63,551 nucleotides of DNA, filler included, from 4 parts of 4 records of this genome joined end to end with filler, not necessarily neighbours in it; one strand, 5' to 3'. Positions 27,960 to 38,674 are shown, counted from the whole stretch's first letter. Numbers and translations: made by a program. Notes: generated by a model from the sequence alone, not told the origin.

Positions 27960-29420
27960 ATGAAAATGCTCGATTACCTGCTGGCGCCTGTCGCGCTGGT
28001 AGGCCTCGTGGCAACGGGATGGTGGGGGCTGTATCAGTCTCCGCAGCGGCCTGCAAACCTGGCCGCGCAGCTTGAGCAGGATGCCAACGCCGCCCTTGCC
28101 CGAAACGGATATGACTGGGCGCATGTGCGCATGAACGGCCAGCGGGCCGTGCTGAAGGGGGCTGCTCCTTCGGAAGATGCTGCCATGGCTGCTGCCGAGA
28201 TCGTGCTGCGCTCCGGGTGGGGCGGCGGTGTCGTCGTGGGCGGGGTGACCGTTGTCGAGGTTGCCGTCGATCCGGGCCTGCCGGTGTCGCCCTTCGTCTG
28301 GCGGGCGGAGAAACTCGCGGACGGTCATTTTATCCTGTCCGGTCATGTCCCCTCACGCATGATCGCCAGCCAGGTCGAAGCGGAAGCGACGCGCCTTTTT
28401 GGCGGGCAGGTCCCCGAAAACCGGATGGAAGTCGCCGCTGGTGCACCGGGTGGCAACTGGCAGGGCGTTGCGCGCTTCGGCCTTGGCGTCTTGTCTGATC
28501 TGGATCAGGGCGAGGTTCGCCTCACTGGCAACACGCTGCGCGTCGGCGGAACGGAGACCGACCCGGCAGAGCGCGCCCGCCTGTCAGCGCAGGTCTCCAC
28601 GCTTGCCGCGCCTTATCGCGGTGTCCCGCTGATCAAGGGCCTGCCGGTCTGGACGGCGGCGCACACCGCCGAAGGGCTGGTTCTGGACGGCAAGGTGCGC
28701 AACGAGGCACAACGGCAAGCCCTGCTCGGGGCAGCGCAGGCAAATGCCGCCTCGGATGTGGTCGACCGGATGACCCTCGCCCCGGATATGCCCGACAATT
28801 GGGTCGCGCTCGCAGAGGCAAGCCTTCCGGTGTTCGCGCGGTTCCAGACGGGTGAGATGGGATATTATCCTGCCGAAAACGACGCCGGTTTTGTCGTCGA
28901 AGGCGAGGCGCCTGCCAGCCTGATCCAATCGGTCAGACAAAACCTGGCTGCAGCCGGTTCCGGCCTGCCGGCAACGGTCTGGGCCGATCCTGTTTATGTA
29001 CCGGTTCCGGAAGCGTCGGGCATCGATTTCACAAAGGATCCAGCGGCGGCCTGCCAGTCCGGATTCGATACTGTGCTGGCGGCCAATGCGATCTTGTTTG
29101 AAAGTACAGGTTCGGACCTTTCCCGCGAGAGCGGACAGGCGCTCGACAAATTGCTGGCAGTGTCACACCGCTGTGCGCCGTATCTGGCATTTGAGATCGT
29201 CGGACACGCCGATTCGACAGGTAGTTCCGACGTCGGAAGTACCTTGGGGAAGGCCCGCGCAGAAGCGGTCGTGTCCTTTCTGGTGGCAGCGGGGTTTGAC
29301 CCAGGTCGCCTGTCTGCGCTTGGCTATGGCCCAGACCAGCCTGTGCAGGTTAATGAGAATGGTGACGGCCAGGTGTCCGGCCGGCTGATAGAAATCAGAG
29401 TTCTGACACGGAGCGACTAA
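27960..29420 (+). CDS. OmpA-family protein with N-terminal anchor and tandem BON-like domains
   Basis: TM helix; repeats AVLKGAAP, FILSGHVP, LVLDGKVR; C-terminal IVGHADSTG...RAEAV...GYG. Confidence 0.82.
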   Translation: MKMLDYLLAPVALVGLVATGWWGLYQSPQRPANLAAQLEQDANAALARNGYDWAHVRMNGQRAVLKGAAPSEDAAMAAAEIVLRSGWGGGVVVGGVTVVEVAVDPGLPVSPFVWRAEKLADGHFILSGHVPSRMIASQVEAEATRLFGGQVPENRMEVAAGAPGGNWQGVARFGLGVLSDLDQGEVRLTGNTLRVGGTETDPAERARLSAQVSTLAAPYRGVPLIKGLPVWTAAHTAEGLVLDGKVRNEAQRQALLGAAQANAASDVVDRMTLAPDMPDNWVALAEASLPVFARFQTGEMGYYPAENDAGFVVEGEAPASLIQSVRQNLAAAGSGLPATVWADPVYVPVPEASGIDFTKDPAAACQSGFDTVLAANAILFESTGSDLSRESGQALDKLLAVSHRCAPYLAFEIVGHADSTGSSDVGSTLGKARAEAVVSFLVAAGFDPGRLSALGYGPDQPVQVNENGDGQVSGRLIEIRVLTRSD

Positions 29421-30621
29421 TGGCTTGGCTTGTAACACATATGTGGATGGTGCTGGCTGGGGCGACCGTGTTTGCCTTGCTCCTCGGTTGGTCCGTGCGC
29501 GGCATGCTGCTGACCGGCAAGATGCGCAAGGCCATTGTCGACAAGGATATCGCCCTGACCGAACTGGATCAGGCGCGCGACGAAATCGAACGGTTGTTTG
29601 CCGCCCAGCGGGCCCAGAGAGGTGAAGGCGGCAATGTGGCCGATGCCTCAGCACGGAAGATTTCAGACCTGACGTCGGAGCTGCAGAAGGCAAAGACCGA
29701 ACTGGCGGCACTGAAAACCGAAACAGCGAAAATCGGTACTGCTGAGCCTGGACCAACTGGGGCAAAAGGCGAGATGCCTACCATCGTGCTGCCGCCGAAC
29801 CGGGGCGGCGCAGATGATACGCCTGGCCAATCCGCACAGGCCGGCGCTGCACTGGCAAAAGGTGAAGAAAACGAGGCTGAGGCGCCGACACTGATCTGGC
29901 GCAACCGGCATCTGGAAGCGCGCGTCCAGCATCTGGAAAGCCAGCTGGCGGCGGTCGAAGCTGCTCCGGCATCCGCACCTGCGACAGTCGAAACCGCCGA
30001 ACCCGTGGCGGTGGCCGAGCCAACTGCAGATGAGGCGGGGTTGGATAAGCTGAGATGGCAGGCAGATTATCTGAAACAGCGTGTCGAAGCGCTGGAAGCC
30101 GAGCTGGCCAAGGCGCCGGCGGAAACCCCGATCGTCGCGGAAGACGATCTGAATGAGGAAATGGCGCGCCTGCGCTGGCGCAACCGTTTCCTGGAAGGGC
30201 GGCTCGCCTATTTCGAAGGGGGCGCGGAGGAGGCTGCCGCTGAAACACCCGCGGAAGCGACCGGGCTTGCCTCTGATGATGTGTCCGACAGCGACGTGCC
30301 CGCGGAGGAAGAGGCTGTGCCCGTCTATGACGAGGTAGAAGACACCTCTGTTGAGGAAGCAGCGTTCGATGCGCTTCCCGAACCTGAAGCGATTGTCGAA
30401 GAAAAGATGGCCGTCGAGGAAGAGGTCATCATCGAGGACGAGTTGGAGGACGTGTCCGAAGAAGGGGCCGTCGAACCAGAGGCAGCCAGCTTCGAAGACG
30501 TCTCCAACGATGAAGAGGAATCCCTCGCCGAAGCCGATCATGCCGATGAGGATACGCTCTCGGATGAAGAGTATGACGAGGAAGATTTCGTCGACGCGGA
30601 CGACTCTGAAGATGACGCCGA
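29420..30621 (+). CDS. Hypothetical membrane-anchored coiled-coil/acidic protein (3' truncated)
   Basis: TAATG overlap with the OmpA gene; N-terminal TM; three W-containing repeats; open to contig end. Confidence 0.8.
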
Positions 30622-30721
30622 NNNNNNNNNNNNNNNNNNNNNNNNNNNNNNNNNNNNNNNNNNNNTTAATTAATTAANNNNNNNNNNNNNNNNNNNNNNN
30701 NNNNNNNNNNNNNNNNNNNNN
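30622..30721. other. Artificial contig-joining spacer
   Basis: N44-TTAATTAATTAA-N44, with stop codons in all six frames. Confidence 0.98.
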
Positions 30722-30779
30722 CGGGTTTTACCCCAACGGATTTTGAATCCGTCGTGTCTACCAATTTCACCACGCCGCC
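30722..30779 (-). tRNA. tRNA-Leu (CAA), 3' part cut off by contig end
   Basis: Minus strand GGCGGCGTGGTGAAATTGGTAGACAC-G-ACGGA-TTCAAAA-TCCGT followed by a long variable arm. Confidence 0.9.
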
Positions 30780-30796
30780 ATCGGAGAGTGGGAGGG

Positions 30797-30824
30797 ATTA
30801 TACTGAGCCAGAGCCCGAAAGCAA
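30797..30824 (-). promoter_or_regulatory. Sigma70 promoter of the tRNA
   Basis: TTGCTT-N16-TATAAT, 17 nt upstream of the tRNA 5' end. Confidence 0.7.
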
Positions 30825-30862
30825 CCAGCCGGCAGGCAAAAATCACCCGCCGGCACAGTGAA

Positions 30863-32095
30863 TTAGAGTCGATCGAACAGGGACAGCTGGGAAACCTGCG
30901 CAAACGACTGCTGAGCAGCCTGCAATACGAAGCTCTGGAAACTGAGGTTGCTGATGGCCTCGGCGTAGTCGACATCCTGTAGCTGGGAACGAATCTCTTT
31001 GGTGTAGAGTTCCGAATCCTCAAGAAACGCGGTGGTGGACTCCACTGCGTTGAGCCGGCCACCAAGCTCGGTTTGCTTGAGAATGATCGACTCCTGGGCG
31101 TTATCGAGATTGACCAGGGTTTCAGCGATCAGCGCATCGTACTCGGCACTGCTCTTGGGCGTTGTTTTGGAAATTCCGTCCAGGCCGGCAATCAGGTTCT
31201 CGATGGTGCCGAATACAGACTGTTTATCGTTCACGCCCAATGTAAACGTATCGCCATCCTGCGCATCGTTGATTGTTAATTTCACCCCTGCAACCTGAAA
31301 CTCGTCGCCAACCAGGGCGCCCACTGGCTCAACGGCCAAAGGATAGGTGGTTCCACCTCGAGTATAGGAGGCTGATATTTCCAGGTCGCCCGCTCCATTG
31401 GCGGTGACGGCGATATCAAAATCGTCAGGCACCCTGGGGCTGAAAGCGTCTGTCATATCCTTGGGTGCAACAAACTCGAGATTGGATATATATCCATCCA
31501 CGGAGGTTGATCCTTTAGCGAAAACCCCTTTGGCTACGTCTACGAAGATGCCTTTTCCGTGATCGCTGATGGGAACGGTCACACCGTCATCAATTTCCAG
31601 AACCCGCTGCCCTTCGTCCCCCTGGTAAACCCATTTGCCATCGTCATTCTGGGCAAAGGCGGGAGTGCTGCCCTGGAAGCCACTGAAGATATACTCTCCT
31701 GACGCATCCCGGGTATTGGCAATATTGGCGAGCTGACCCAGACGCTCCTTGAGTTCGGCAGAGATGGACTGCCGATCATTGGCAGACAGAGAACCATTAC
31801 CGGCCTGAACTGTCAGCTCCCTCACCCTCTGGATAATGTCCACGGCGCTGGCCAGGGTGCTTTCTTCCTGCTTCAGCCGGTTATCGGCAAGATTGGCATT
31901 CCGACCATAGGTTTCCGAACGCTGAAGCTCCTGGTCAAGCTTCAGAATGCGAGCGGCCGCCACCGGATCATCCGACGGTTTGTTCACTTTCTTACCGGTC
32001 GATAGCTGCTGCTGCGTATCAATCAGGTTGCTGTTGATGTCCTGCAGACGATTAATGCCGCCGGAGAAAATCTGTTGTGATGATATTCTGATCAT
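30863..32095 (-). CDS. flgL: Flagellar hook-associated protein 3
   Basis: QLSTGKKVNKPSDDP, YIFSG, C-terminal LSLFDRL; operon position. Confidence 0.96.
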   Translation of the reverse strand: MIRISSQQIFSGGINRLQDINSNLIDTQQQLSTGKKVNKPSDDPVAAARILKLDQELQRSETYGRNANLADNRLKQEESTLASAVDIIQRVRELTVQAGNGSLSANDRQSISAELKERLGQLANIANTRDASGEYIFSGFQGSTPAFAQNDDGKWVYQGDEGQRVLEIDDGVTVPISDHGKGIFVDVAKGVFAKGSTSVDGYISNLEFVAPKDMTDAFSPRVPDDFDIAVTANGAGDLEISASYTRGGTTYPLAVEPVGALVGDEFQVAGVKLTINDAQDGDTFTLGVNDKQSVFGTIENLIAGLDGISKTTPKSSAEYDALIAETLVNLDNAQESIILKQTELGGRLNAVESTTAFLEDSELYTKEIRSQLQDVDYAEAISNLSFQSFVLQAAQQSFAQVSQLSLFDRL

Positions 32096-32111
32096 GTGAC
32101 ATCACCTCGCC

Positions 32112-34178
32112 TTAACGGAAGCTCTGCAGCAACGTGTTAAAAAGATCCTGCGCCACAGACATAACCTGGGCCGATGCGTTGTACGCAGCCTGGTACTGAA
32201 TCAGCTTGCCAGCCTCTTCGTCCAGATTGACGCCCGAGACCGATTCTCGCTGATTGGTGGATTGCTCCAACAGCGTTGCGCCGGCATCTTTATCCAACTG
32301 GCTCTGGCGGGTTTTCACCCCGATATCCTCGACCAGGCCGGCATAGCCCTCGGTAAAGTTCTGGGAACCACCATTAAGGGTATTCTTGGTACCAAGGGCC
32401 GCCATCAGCTCGGCGTTTCGGTTATCAGAAACGCCGTTGCGGTTGAAGTCGATGGTGAATACATCACCGTCTGCGGGCTCACCTGTTATCTCGAAAACGA
32501 AACCCCGATACTGACCATTGGATTCGTCTTCCGGACGAGTACTGAAAATCTGATTGATCTTCTGGGGATCATAGACATCCGGTGTTCCATCCCCATCGTT
32601 GTCCACCGCGGCACTGGTAAACAGTACGCCGCTATCGTTGGCAACTTCATAGGTAATATTGCCCGCACCATCATTACTGAAGGTTACGGTAATCGGACCA
32701 TCTGCAAACTGACCGGAATTCTGGAAGTCATCCAGCAAAGCACCGGTATTGGGATTACGGACATTAAGCATGTTGCCCTGGTTGATCGTGCCGGTGCCCA
32801 GATTGCCATCATCGGAACTCGCACGAACGGGGCTGGCAAAAGCAAGATCCTCCTCCCGCCGAATGTTCAATTGCATGTTTTCGGCAGCATTGCGACTGGG
32901 CTGAATCAGGTACTCGTCACCTGCGTTGAATTCGCCACCTTCAACACGAATGTTAAAGCCCGGCATGTTGATTTCAGACTGCACCGGGTCTGGAAGCCGG
33001 CCCTGTTTCACCGTGTCGCCCGAGATGGTATCGATCAACTCGTAGCTGCGCCCATCACCACTGAACTGCAGCTCCCAGGTACCCGCCGGCAACTGGGAAC
33101 TGTCGGTAATCTCAACGGCCAGTTGGCCGGTGGTGGTGCGGTCGTTATTGCCGTTCGGCACCACCCGGCTGCGTTGTACGGCGAGGCTGTTCACATCGCT
33201 GAAGAAGTTACCGCCGAGATCGCCTTCGAGGTCCATCCCGATCTCATGCTGATGGTTTATGGCCGAGGAGATGGCAATCGCCAGCCGGCCGAGCTCATCG
33301 AAGGCGGGCTTCAGGGCCATTTCATCAAAGGCACGCAAGCCACCCAGTTTTCCGCCCTGAATCTGTTCATCCACCAGCAGGGTGCGCCCACCACTGGAGA
33401 GCGTAAATTCCAGCCGCGTGGGATCTTCCGCACTGCTTCGGGTCGCAAATTCTGCGGCATTGGCGCCGGTAACCAAAGCCAGACCGTTAGACAGGGACAC
33501 ATTCACCTGGCTGCCTTCAACTTCCGTTACCCGAATGCTCACCAGCTCAGACAACTGGCGCAACTTCTCGTCCCGCTTATCCATCAGCTCCAGGGGCTCC
33601 TTGCCCTGGGCCAGGCCCGGAGATTCAGAAATAGCCAGGTTCAGTTCAGCGATACTCTTCAGCAGAGTATTGGCATCTTTCACGCCCTGCTGCATCTGGG
33701 TTTTTACCGATTCGCGCTGCTGGATGAACTCCTGGTTCAAGCCCTGAAAGCGATTCACCAGTTGCTGGGCTTCGCTCAGCACCAGCTGGCGTTGTGGTAA
33801 CGACGTAGGGTCTTCCGCGGCATTCTGCATAGCCGAGAAAAAGTTGTTCAGAGCTTTGTTCAAACCGGTGTCTTCGCCGCCTAACAGGTTATCCAGCCGC
33901 GTGAGTTCGGCGTTGAAAGCATTCTGCTCGCCAAACAGTGTGCTGTCCTCACGTAACTGCTGACTCAGATAGGCATCTGCCAGCCGGCGGATATTAGCGA
34001 CGGATACGCCACTGCCGATGGTCCCTGCACCTGTACGCCGCCCTTCCTGGGTCTCGAACTGGACCTCCTGGCGACTGTAACCCGGAGTGTTTGCGTTGGT
34101 TATGTTATTTGCAGTGGTGTTGAGCGCCGCCTGGTGCCCCAATACCCCACTCAGACCAATACCGATCAAGCCCGCCAT
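32112..34178 (-). CDS. flgK: Flagellar hook-associated protein 1
   Basis: NNITNANTPGYSRQ, SGVNLDEE. Confidence 0.97.
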   Translation of the reverse strand: MAGLIGIGLSGVLGHQAALNTTANNITNANTPGYSRQEVQFETQEGRRTGAGTIGSGVSVANIRRLADAYLSQQLREDSTLFGEQNAFNAELTRLDNLLGGEDTGLNKALNNFFSAMQNAAEDPTSLPQRQLVLSEAQQLVNRFQGLNQEFIQQRESVKTQMQQGVKDANTLLKSIAELNLAISESPGLAQGKEPLELMDKRDEKLRQLSELVSIRVTEVEGSQVNVSLSNGLALVTGANAAEFATRSSAEDPTRLEFTLSSGGRTLLVDEQIQGGKLGGLRAFDEMALKPAFDELGRLAIAISSAINHQHEIGMDLEGDLGGNFFSDVNSLAVQRSRVVPNGNNDRTTTGQLAVEITDSSQLPAGTWELQFSGDGRSYELIDTISGDTVKQGRLPDPVQSEINMPGFNIRVEGGEFNAGDEYLIQPSRNAAENMQLNIRREEDLAFASPVRASSDDGNLGTGTINQGNMLNVRNPNTGALLDDFQNSGQFADGPITVTFSNDGAGNITYEVANDSGVLFTSAAVDNDGDGTPDVYDPQKINQIFSTRPEDESNGQYRGFVFEITGEPADGDVFTIDFNRNGVSDNRNAELMAALGTKNTLNGGSQNFTEGYAGLVEDIGVKTRQSQLDKDAGATLLEQSTNQRESVSGVNLDEEAGKLIQYQAAYNASAQVMSVAQDLFNTLLQSFR

Positions 34179-34184
34179 GATCTG

Positions 34185-35171
34185 TTACTCCTTTACTCTG
34201 TCACTGCTCATCGACAGTGTCATCAGAGAATCACGATTCATGATCCGACGGATCTTGGCTCCGTATTCCGGATCGGTTGCATAACCCGCTTCCTGTAGTT
34301 TCTCGGCAAATACTTCTGGCTGATCTGCCGATGACAGAACATCGCGGTAACGGGGATTGTTTTGCAGGAAGTCAACGTAGTCCCGGAAGCTGGCTTCATA
34401 GTCCGGATAGGCCCGGAAATCTGCCCGTTCCTTCATCGCCACGCCACCCCGGAATTCGGTAGTGGTAATGCTCACAGCGTCACCGCCCCAACGACTGTCT
34501 GCCTTGATGCCAAACAGGTTGAAACTCGGCTGCGAACCATCGCCTTTGATCATGTGTTTGCCCCAACCGGTTTCGAGCGCCGCCTGGGCAATCATCAGGC
34601 GCGGATCAATGCCGGTCTCCTTTCCGATCTGCTCTGCGAACGGCATGAGCTGCTCAACAAAATGCTCTGGCGACTCAAATACCTCCGGCAGCTTGCCGGG
34701 TTTCTGCGCTGGCTCTGCTTTTACCTTTGCAGCTACATCCGCCACCTCTGCCATTCGCTCCGGCAACTCTCTGGAAATCGCCGGCATACTGCGGTCGTAA
34801 TCGGTAATGGCACCCTTGTGACCCGCCAGTTTCTCTCCATCCTCACCGAGCCCCGGAATCTGTTGACTCAGTTGCCGGACCAGCGCTTCCGCCAGCCCGG
34901 TACCGGTGCCACCGGCCATACTCAAGCTGATCTGGCTGTCGAACATATCCCGGTACATCTGGCTTTCATTGCTGTTCAGGTAGTTTCCCTCGGCAAATAC
35001 CTCGCCTGCCTTGCGCATGGATTTGAGCATCTCTGACAGGAACAGGCTCTCGAACTGCTTCGCAACCTGCTCCAGTGCAGCCTGTTTGTCAGTTCGAGCC
35101 TGGGTCTTCAGCGCATTCAGACCACTGAAATCGGTGTAGACCTGGGCTTGCTGTAGTCTTGGATCCTGCAT
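34185..35171 (-). CDS. flgJ: Flagellar rod assembly protein/peptidoglycan hydrolase
   Basis: AKQFESLF..MLKSMR; AQAALETGWG, NLFGIKA, GYATDP. Confidence 0.97.
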   Translation of the reverse strand: MQDPRLQQAQVYTDFSGLNALKTQARTDKQAALEQVAKQFESLFLSEMLKSMRKAGEVFAEGNYLNSNESQMYRDMFDSQISLSMAGGTGTGLAEALVRQLSQQIPGLGEDGEKLAGHKGAITDYDRSMPAISRELPERMAEVADVAAKVKAEPAQKPGKLPEVFESPEHFVEQLMPFAEQIGKETGIDPRLMIAQAALETGWGKHMIKGDGSQPSFNLFGIKADSRWGGDAVSITTTEFRGGVAMKERADFRAYPDYEASFRDYVDFLQNNPRYRDVLSSADQPEVFAEKLQEAGYATDPEYGAKIRRIMNRDSLMTLSMSSDRVKE

Positions 35172-35179
35172 GGCGATAC

Positions 35180-36274
35180 CTAGATCACAATCAATTCGGC
35201 ACGAAGCGCGCCAGCCTGTTTGAGTGCTTCAAGCACCGCCATCACATCGCCTGGCGCCGCCCCTACCTGGTTTACAGCCTGAACAATTTCGTTAAGCGTT
35301 GTTGCCGGGCCGAACTGGAACATCCGTGCCGGGTCTTCCGTCACAGCGATCTGGGTATTCTGCTGAACGGCTGTATCACCCTGAGCCAGAGGATTGGGCT
35401 GCACCACCTCGGGGTTTTCCTGAATAGTCACGGTCAGGTTGCCATGGGTAATGGCAGCCGGGCTCACTTTTACATTCTGGCCGACCACGATGGTGCCGGT
35501 GCGGCTATTGATCACCACTCTTGCGGCTTCCTGAGCCGGATCGACCTCAATGTTCTCCAGAATGGACAGAAAACTGACTCTCTGTGATGGGTCCCTGGGT
35601 GCCCGCACCGATATAGAAGTGGCATCGTGTGCATAAGCCATGTCCGGGCCCAGACGACCATTGATCGCCTCAACCACACGGCGGGCCGTGGTAAAGTCGG
35701 AACGCAGCAGATTGAAGGTGATGGTATCGCCCCGGTTGAACGGCGATTCCACCTCACGCTCAATGGTAGCGCCGTTGGGAATTCTGCCGACGCTGGGTAC
35801 GTTCACGGTAATCCGGGAACCATCCTGGCCCTGGGCGCCAAAACCGCCCACCACCAGGCTGCCCTGCGCCATGGCATAAACCTGACCGTCTGCGCCTTTC
35901 AACGGTGTCATCAACAAGGTTCCACCACGCAGGCTATCGGCATTTCCGATGGATGAAACCGTGATGTCCAGCTCCTGCCCGGCTTTGGCAAAGGCCGGCA
36001 AAGTCGCGCTTACGGTTACGGCCGCCACATTGGCCAGATTCGGGTTCACGCCATCCGGCAAGGTTATTCCGAACTGGTTCATCATGTTGCGGAAGGTCTG
36101 GTTGGTAAACGGCGCTTTGTCGCCGGTACCGTCAAGACCGACCACCAGGCCATAACCAATCAACTGGTTATTGCGCACACCTTTCACCTTGGCCAGGTCT
36201 TTCAGGCGGTCAGCCATCACCGGCGCGACACACAGGGCCATAAGGGCAAAAACAGCAATCAGTTTGCGGATCAT
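35180..36274 (-). CDS. flgI: Flagellar P-ring protein
   Basis: [33 protein letters not shown]. Confidence 0.97.
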   Translation of the reverse strand: MIRKLIAVFALMALCVAPVMADRLKDLAKVKGVRNNQLIGYGLVVGLDGTGDKAPFTNQTFRNMMNQFGITLPDGVNPNLANVAAVTVSATLPAFAKAGQELDITVSSIGNADSLRGGTLLMTPLKGADGQVYAMAQGSLVVGGFGAQGQDGSRITVNVPSVGRIPNGATIEREVESPFNRGDTITFNLLRSDFTTARRVVEAINGRLGPDMAYAHDATSISVRAPRDPSQRVSFLSILENIEVDPAQEAARVVINSRTGTIVVGQNVKVSPAAITHGNLTVTIQENPEVVQPNPLAQGDTAVQQNTQIAVTEDPARMFQFGPATTLNEIVQAVNQVGAAPGDVMAVLEALKQAGALRAELIVI

Positions 36275-36972
36275 AGCGGCCACCACTCACTGTTAAAGAA
36301 GCGAGCCAGCCAGCCCATCTGGTTGGCCTGGTCAAAATCACCGGTACCGCCGTAGGCAAACCGGGCATCTGCAACACGATTGGAGGCAACGGTATTATCC
36401 GGCTGGATATCCTGTGGCCGAACCAGACCGGTCAACCGGATGTATTCATCCCCATTGGTGAGCGACAACCACTTCTCGCCGCGGACACGAAGCACACCAT
36501 TAGGCAGAACCTCGGTGACCGTTACGGTAATACTGCCAGCCAGGCTGTTGCTCTGGTCAGCTTCGGCGGAGCCTTCAAAATCCCGCTCAAAATTGGCAGA
36601 AGCGTTCAGGCCGATATTTGTCTTTCCAAAGATGCTCGGTTCCGGAATGCTCAGTTCCTGATCCTTGGTAATGGAGGTTTCAGCGTTCTTGCTGGCGCTG
36701 GTGGATTCCTGCAGCAATACCGTGAGCACGTCACCCACGTTGAGTGCCTTGGTATCGCCGTACAGATTGTAATTCCTGGACACCTGATAAATTGCCCCGG
36801 AATCCGGGTCGCGCTGCATCATCGATTGAGCACGAACCGGAGCGTAGGCCGGATCGTCCGGCATAGCCCGGGGGCGAGACATGGCGGTGCATCCCTGCAG
36901 CACAATCAGCACACCCACCAGTGCCAGGGTGGCCAGCCGTTCAGTGTGTAAACTGCGTTGAATGCGTTTCAT
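36271..36972 (-). CDS. flgH: Flagellar L-ring lipoprotein
   Basis: Lipobox [23 protein letters not shown]. Confidence 0.97.
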   Translation of the reverse strand: MKRIQRSLHTERLATLALVGVLIVLQGCTAMSRPRAMPDDPAYAPVRAQSMMQRDPDSGAIYQVSRNYNLYGDTKALNVGDVLTVLLQESTSASKNAETSITKDQELSIPEPSIFGKTNIGLNASANFERDFEGSAEADQSNSLAGSITVTVTEVLPNGVLRVRGEKWLSLTNGDEYIRLTGLVRPQDIQPDNTVASNRVADARFAYGGTGDFDQANQMGWLARFFNSEWWPL

Positions 36973-36975
36973 GGC

Positions 36976-37764
36976 TTAACCGATATTGTTGGTGATGAAC
37001 TGAAGCATCTGGTCTGTGGTCGAAACCACCTTGGAGTTCATTTCATAGGCACGCTGGGTCGTAATCATGTTCACCAGTTCTTCCACCACCTCTACGTTGG
37101 AGGATTCAATGGTGCCCTGTTCAATGGACCCGAGACCTGCAAGTCCGGCTTCACCTTCAGCCGGATCACCACTGGCATTGGTCTGCTTGAACAGATTGTT
37201 CCCGATGGCCTGCAAGCCCTGCGGGTTGATGAAGTCCACCAGGGTGATCTGCCCGAGATTGACGGGCGCAGCCTGGTCATCGGTAATAGCGGTGACCGTC
37301 CCATCTTTGCCAATGGTGATATTGGTGGCGTTCTCCGGCACATTGATATTCGGCTGAAGCGGAAAACCATCCGGTGTGACCACATCGCCATCAGAGTTCA
37401 GTTGAAACTGGCCATCCCGGGTATAGGCGATCTGTCCGTCCGGCATCTGAATCTGAAAGAATCCCCGACCATTCACCGCCATATCCAGAGGCTGTTCAGT
37501 TATCTGCAGGTTGCCCTGGCTGAATTGCTTGGCAGTGCCAACAATCCGGACCCCGGTCCCCAGCTGCAGGCCAGAGGGCAACTGCGTGTTCTCAGTGCTC
37601 TGCCCGCCGGGCTGACGGTTTATCTGATACAGCAGATCCTGGAACACCGCCCTATCCCGCTTGAAGCCGGTGGTATTCACATTGGCCAGGTTGTTGGAAA
37701 TGGTGGACATGTTGGTGTCCTGCGCGCTCAACCCGGTTTTACTGACCCAAAGTGCTGGATGCAT
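36976..37764 (-). CDS. flgG: Flagellar distal rod protein
   Basis: SNNLANVNTTGFK, SNVEVVEELVNMITTQRAYE. Confidence 0.97.
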   Translation of the reverse strand: MHPALWVSKTGLSAQDTNMSTISNNLANVNTTGFKRDRAVFQDLLYQINRQPGGQSTENTQLPSGLQLGTGVRIVGTAKQFSQGNLQITEQPLDMAVNGRGFFQIQMPDGQIAYTRDGQFQLNSDGDVVTPDGFPLQPNINVPENATNITIGKDGTVTAITDDQAAPVNLGQITLVDFINPQGLQAIGNNLFKQTNASGDPAEGEAGLAGLGSIEQGTIESSNVEVVEELVNMITTQRAYEMNSKVVSTTDQMLQFITNNIG

Positions 37765-37845
37765 TGTTTTACTCCTTGCCTGCCGGTGGCCGATGCGGCG
37801 ATCTTTTGCCGCTCTACGCCAACCGATGGCGTTTGATCATCGTTA

Positions 37846-38598
37846 TCAGAGGTTCTGCAACAGTCGTGCCGTAGCCTCGGAATTTTCATTGGCGGTCGAC
37901 ATCACCTTTACCTGCATCTCGTATTGGCGAGACAACTGCAGGTTGGAGATCATTTCCTCCACCGCATTCACGTTTGAACTTTCGAGAAAACCAGTGGCGA
38001 CACGCATGGCTGCATCCGGTGGCTCTGGACCATCCAGAGCCTGATCCGGCTTGCGTCGAATGAACCCATCCAGACCTTTCTCAAGTGCATCTGCCGGTGG
38101 GTTGACAAGCTTCAGTCGGTCAACTTCCACCAACTGATCCGGCGGCCCACCTACCGGCACAATGGAGATGGTGCCGTCCGAGCCAACCTGAAGATTGTCA
38201 AAAGGAGGAAGAGCCACCGGCCCACCGTTACCCAGAACCAGCTCACCACTCGCCAGCCGCACAAGCCCGTTCACGTCGACCTGTAAGCTACCGGTACGGG
38301 TGAATACCTCTTCGCCCAGATTGTTTTGAACGGCGAGCCAGCCACCGCCGTCTACCGCCACATCCAGCTTACGTCCGGTCTCCATTAAAGCGCCGGGCGA
38401 GAGATCAGTGCCGGGCCGCTCGGTCATGGCGTAGGCGCGGGTGGGATGGTGCTCACCGAACACGGGCATACTGCGGGCCTGGGCAAAATCCTTCTTGAAC
38501 CCGGTGGTATTGACGTTAGCCAGGTTGTTGGCATGGGCACGCTGGGCCAGCATGTTCTGCTTGGCGCCAGACATTCCAATATAGAGGGCTTTGTCCAT
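37846..38598 (-). CDS. flgF: Flagellar proximal rod protein
   Basis: MDKALYIGMSGA, ANNLAN, LESSNVNAVEEM. Confidence 0.96.
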   Translation of the reverse strand: MDKALYIGMSGAKQNMLAQRAHANNLANVNTTGFKKDFAQARSMPVFGEHHPTRAYAMTERPGTDLSPGALMETGRKLDVAVDGGGWLAVQNNLGEEVFTRTGSLQVDVNGLVRLASGELVLGNGGPVALPPFDNLQVGSDGTISIVPVGGPPDQLVEVDRLKLVNPPADALEKGLDGFIRRKPDQALDGPEPPDAAMRVATGFLESSNVNAVEEMISNLQLSRQYEMQVKVMSTANENSEATARLLQNL

Positions 38599-38639
38599 GG
38601 GCAAACTCCTGCCGGAATTTTGACTGTTTCCAGTCTTCT

Positions 38640-38655
38640 TGCAGGAGTCATGCCA
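38640..38655 (-). promoter_or_regulatory. Sigma54 promoter upstream of flgF
   Basis: TGGCAT-N5-CTGCA (-24/-12). Confidence 0.75.
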
Positions 38656-38674
38656 TGTTCGCTAGGGCGCGAAA

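Noticed and set aside
30666-30677. TTAATTAATTAA palindrome occurring three times
   Set aside because: Always centred in N-runs of identical length; an assembly linker, not a biological repeat or CtrA site
32262-33800. 512-aa plus-strand ORF
   Set aside because: Antisense shadow of flgK
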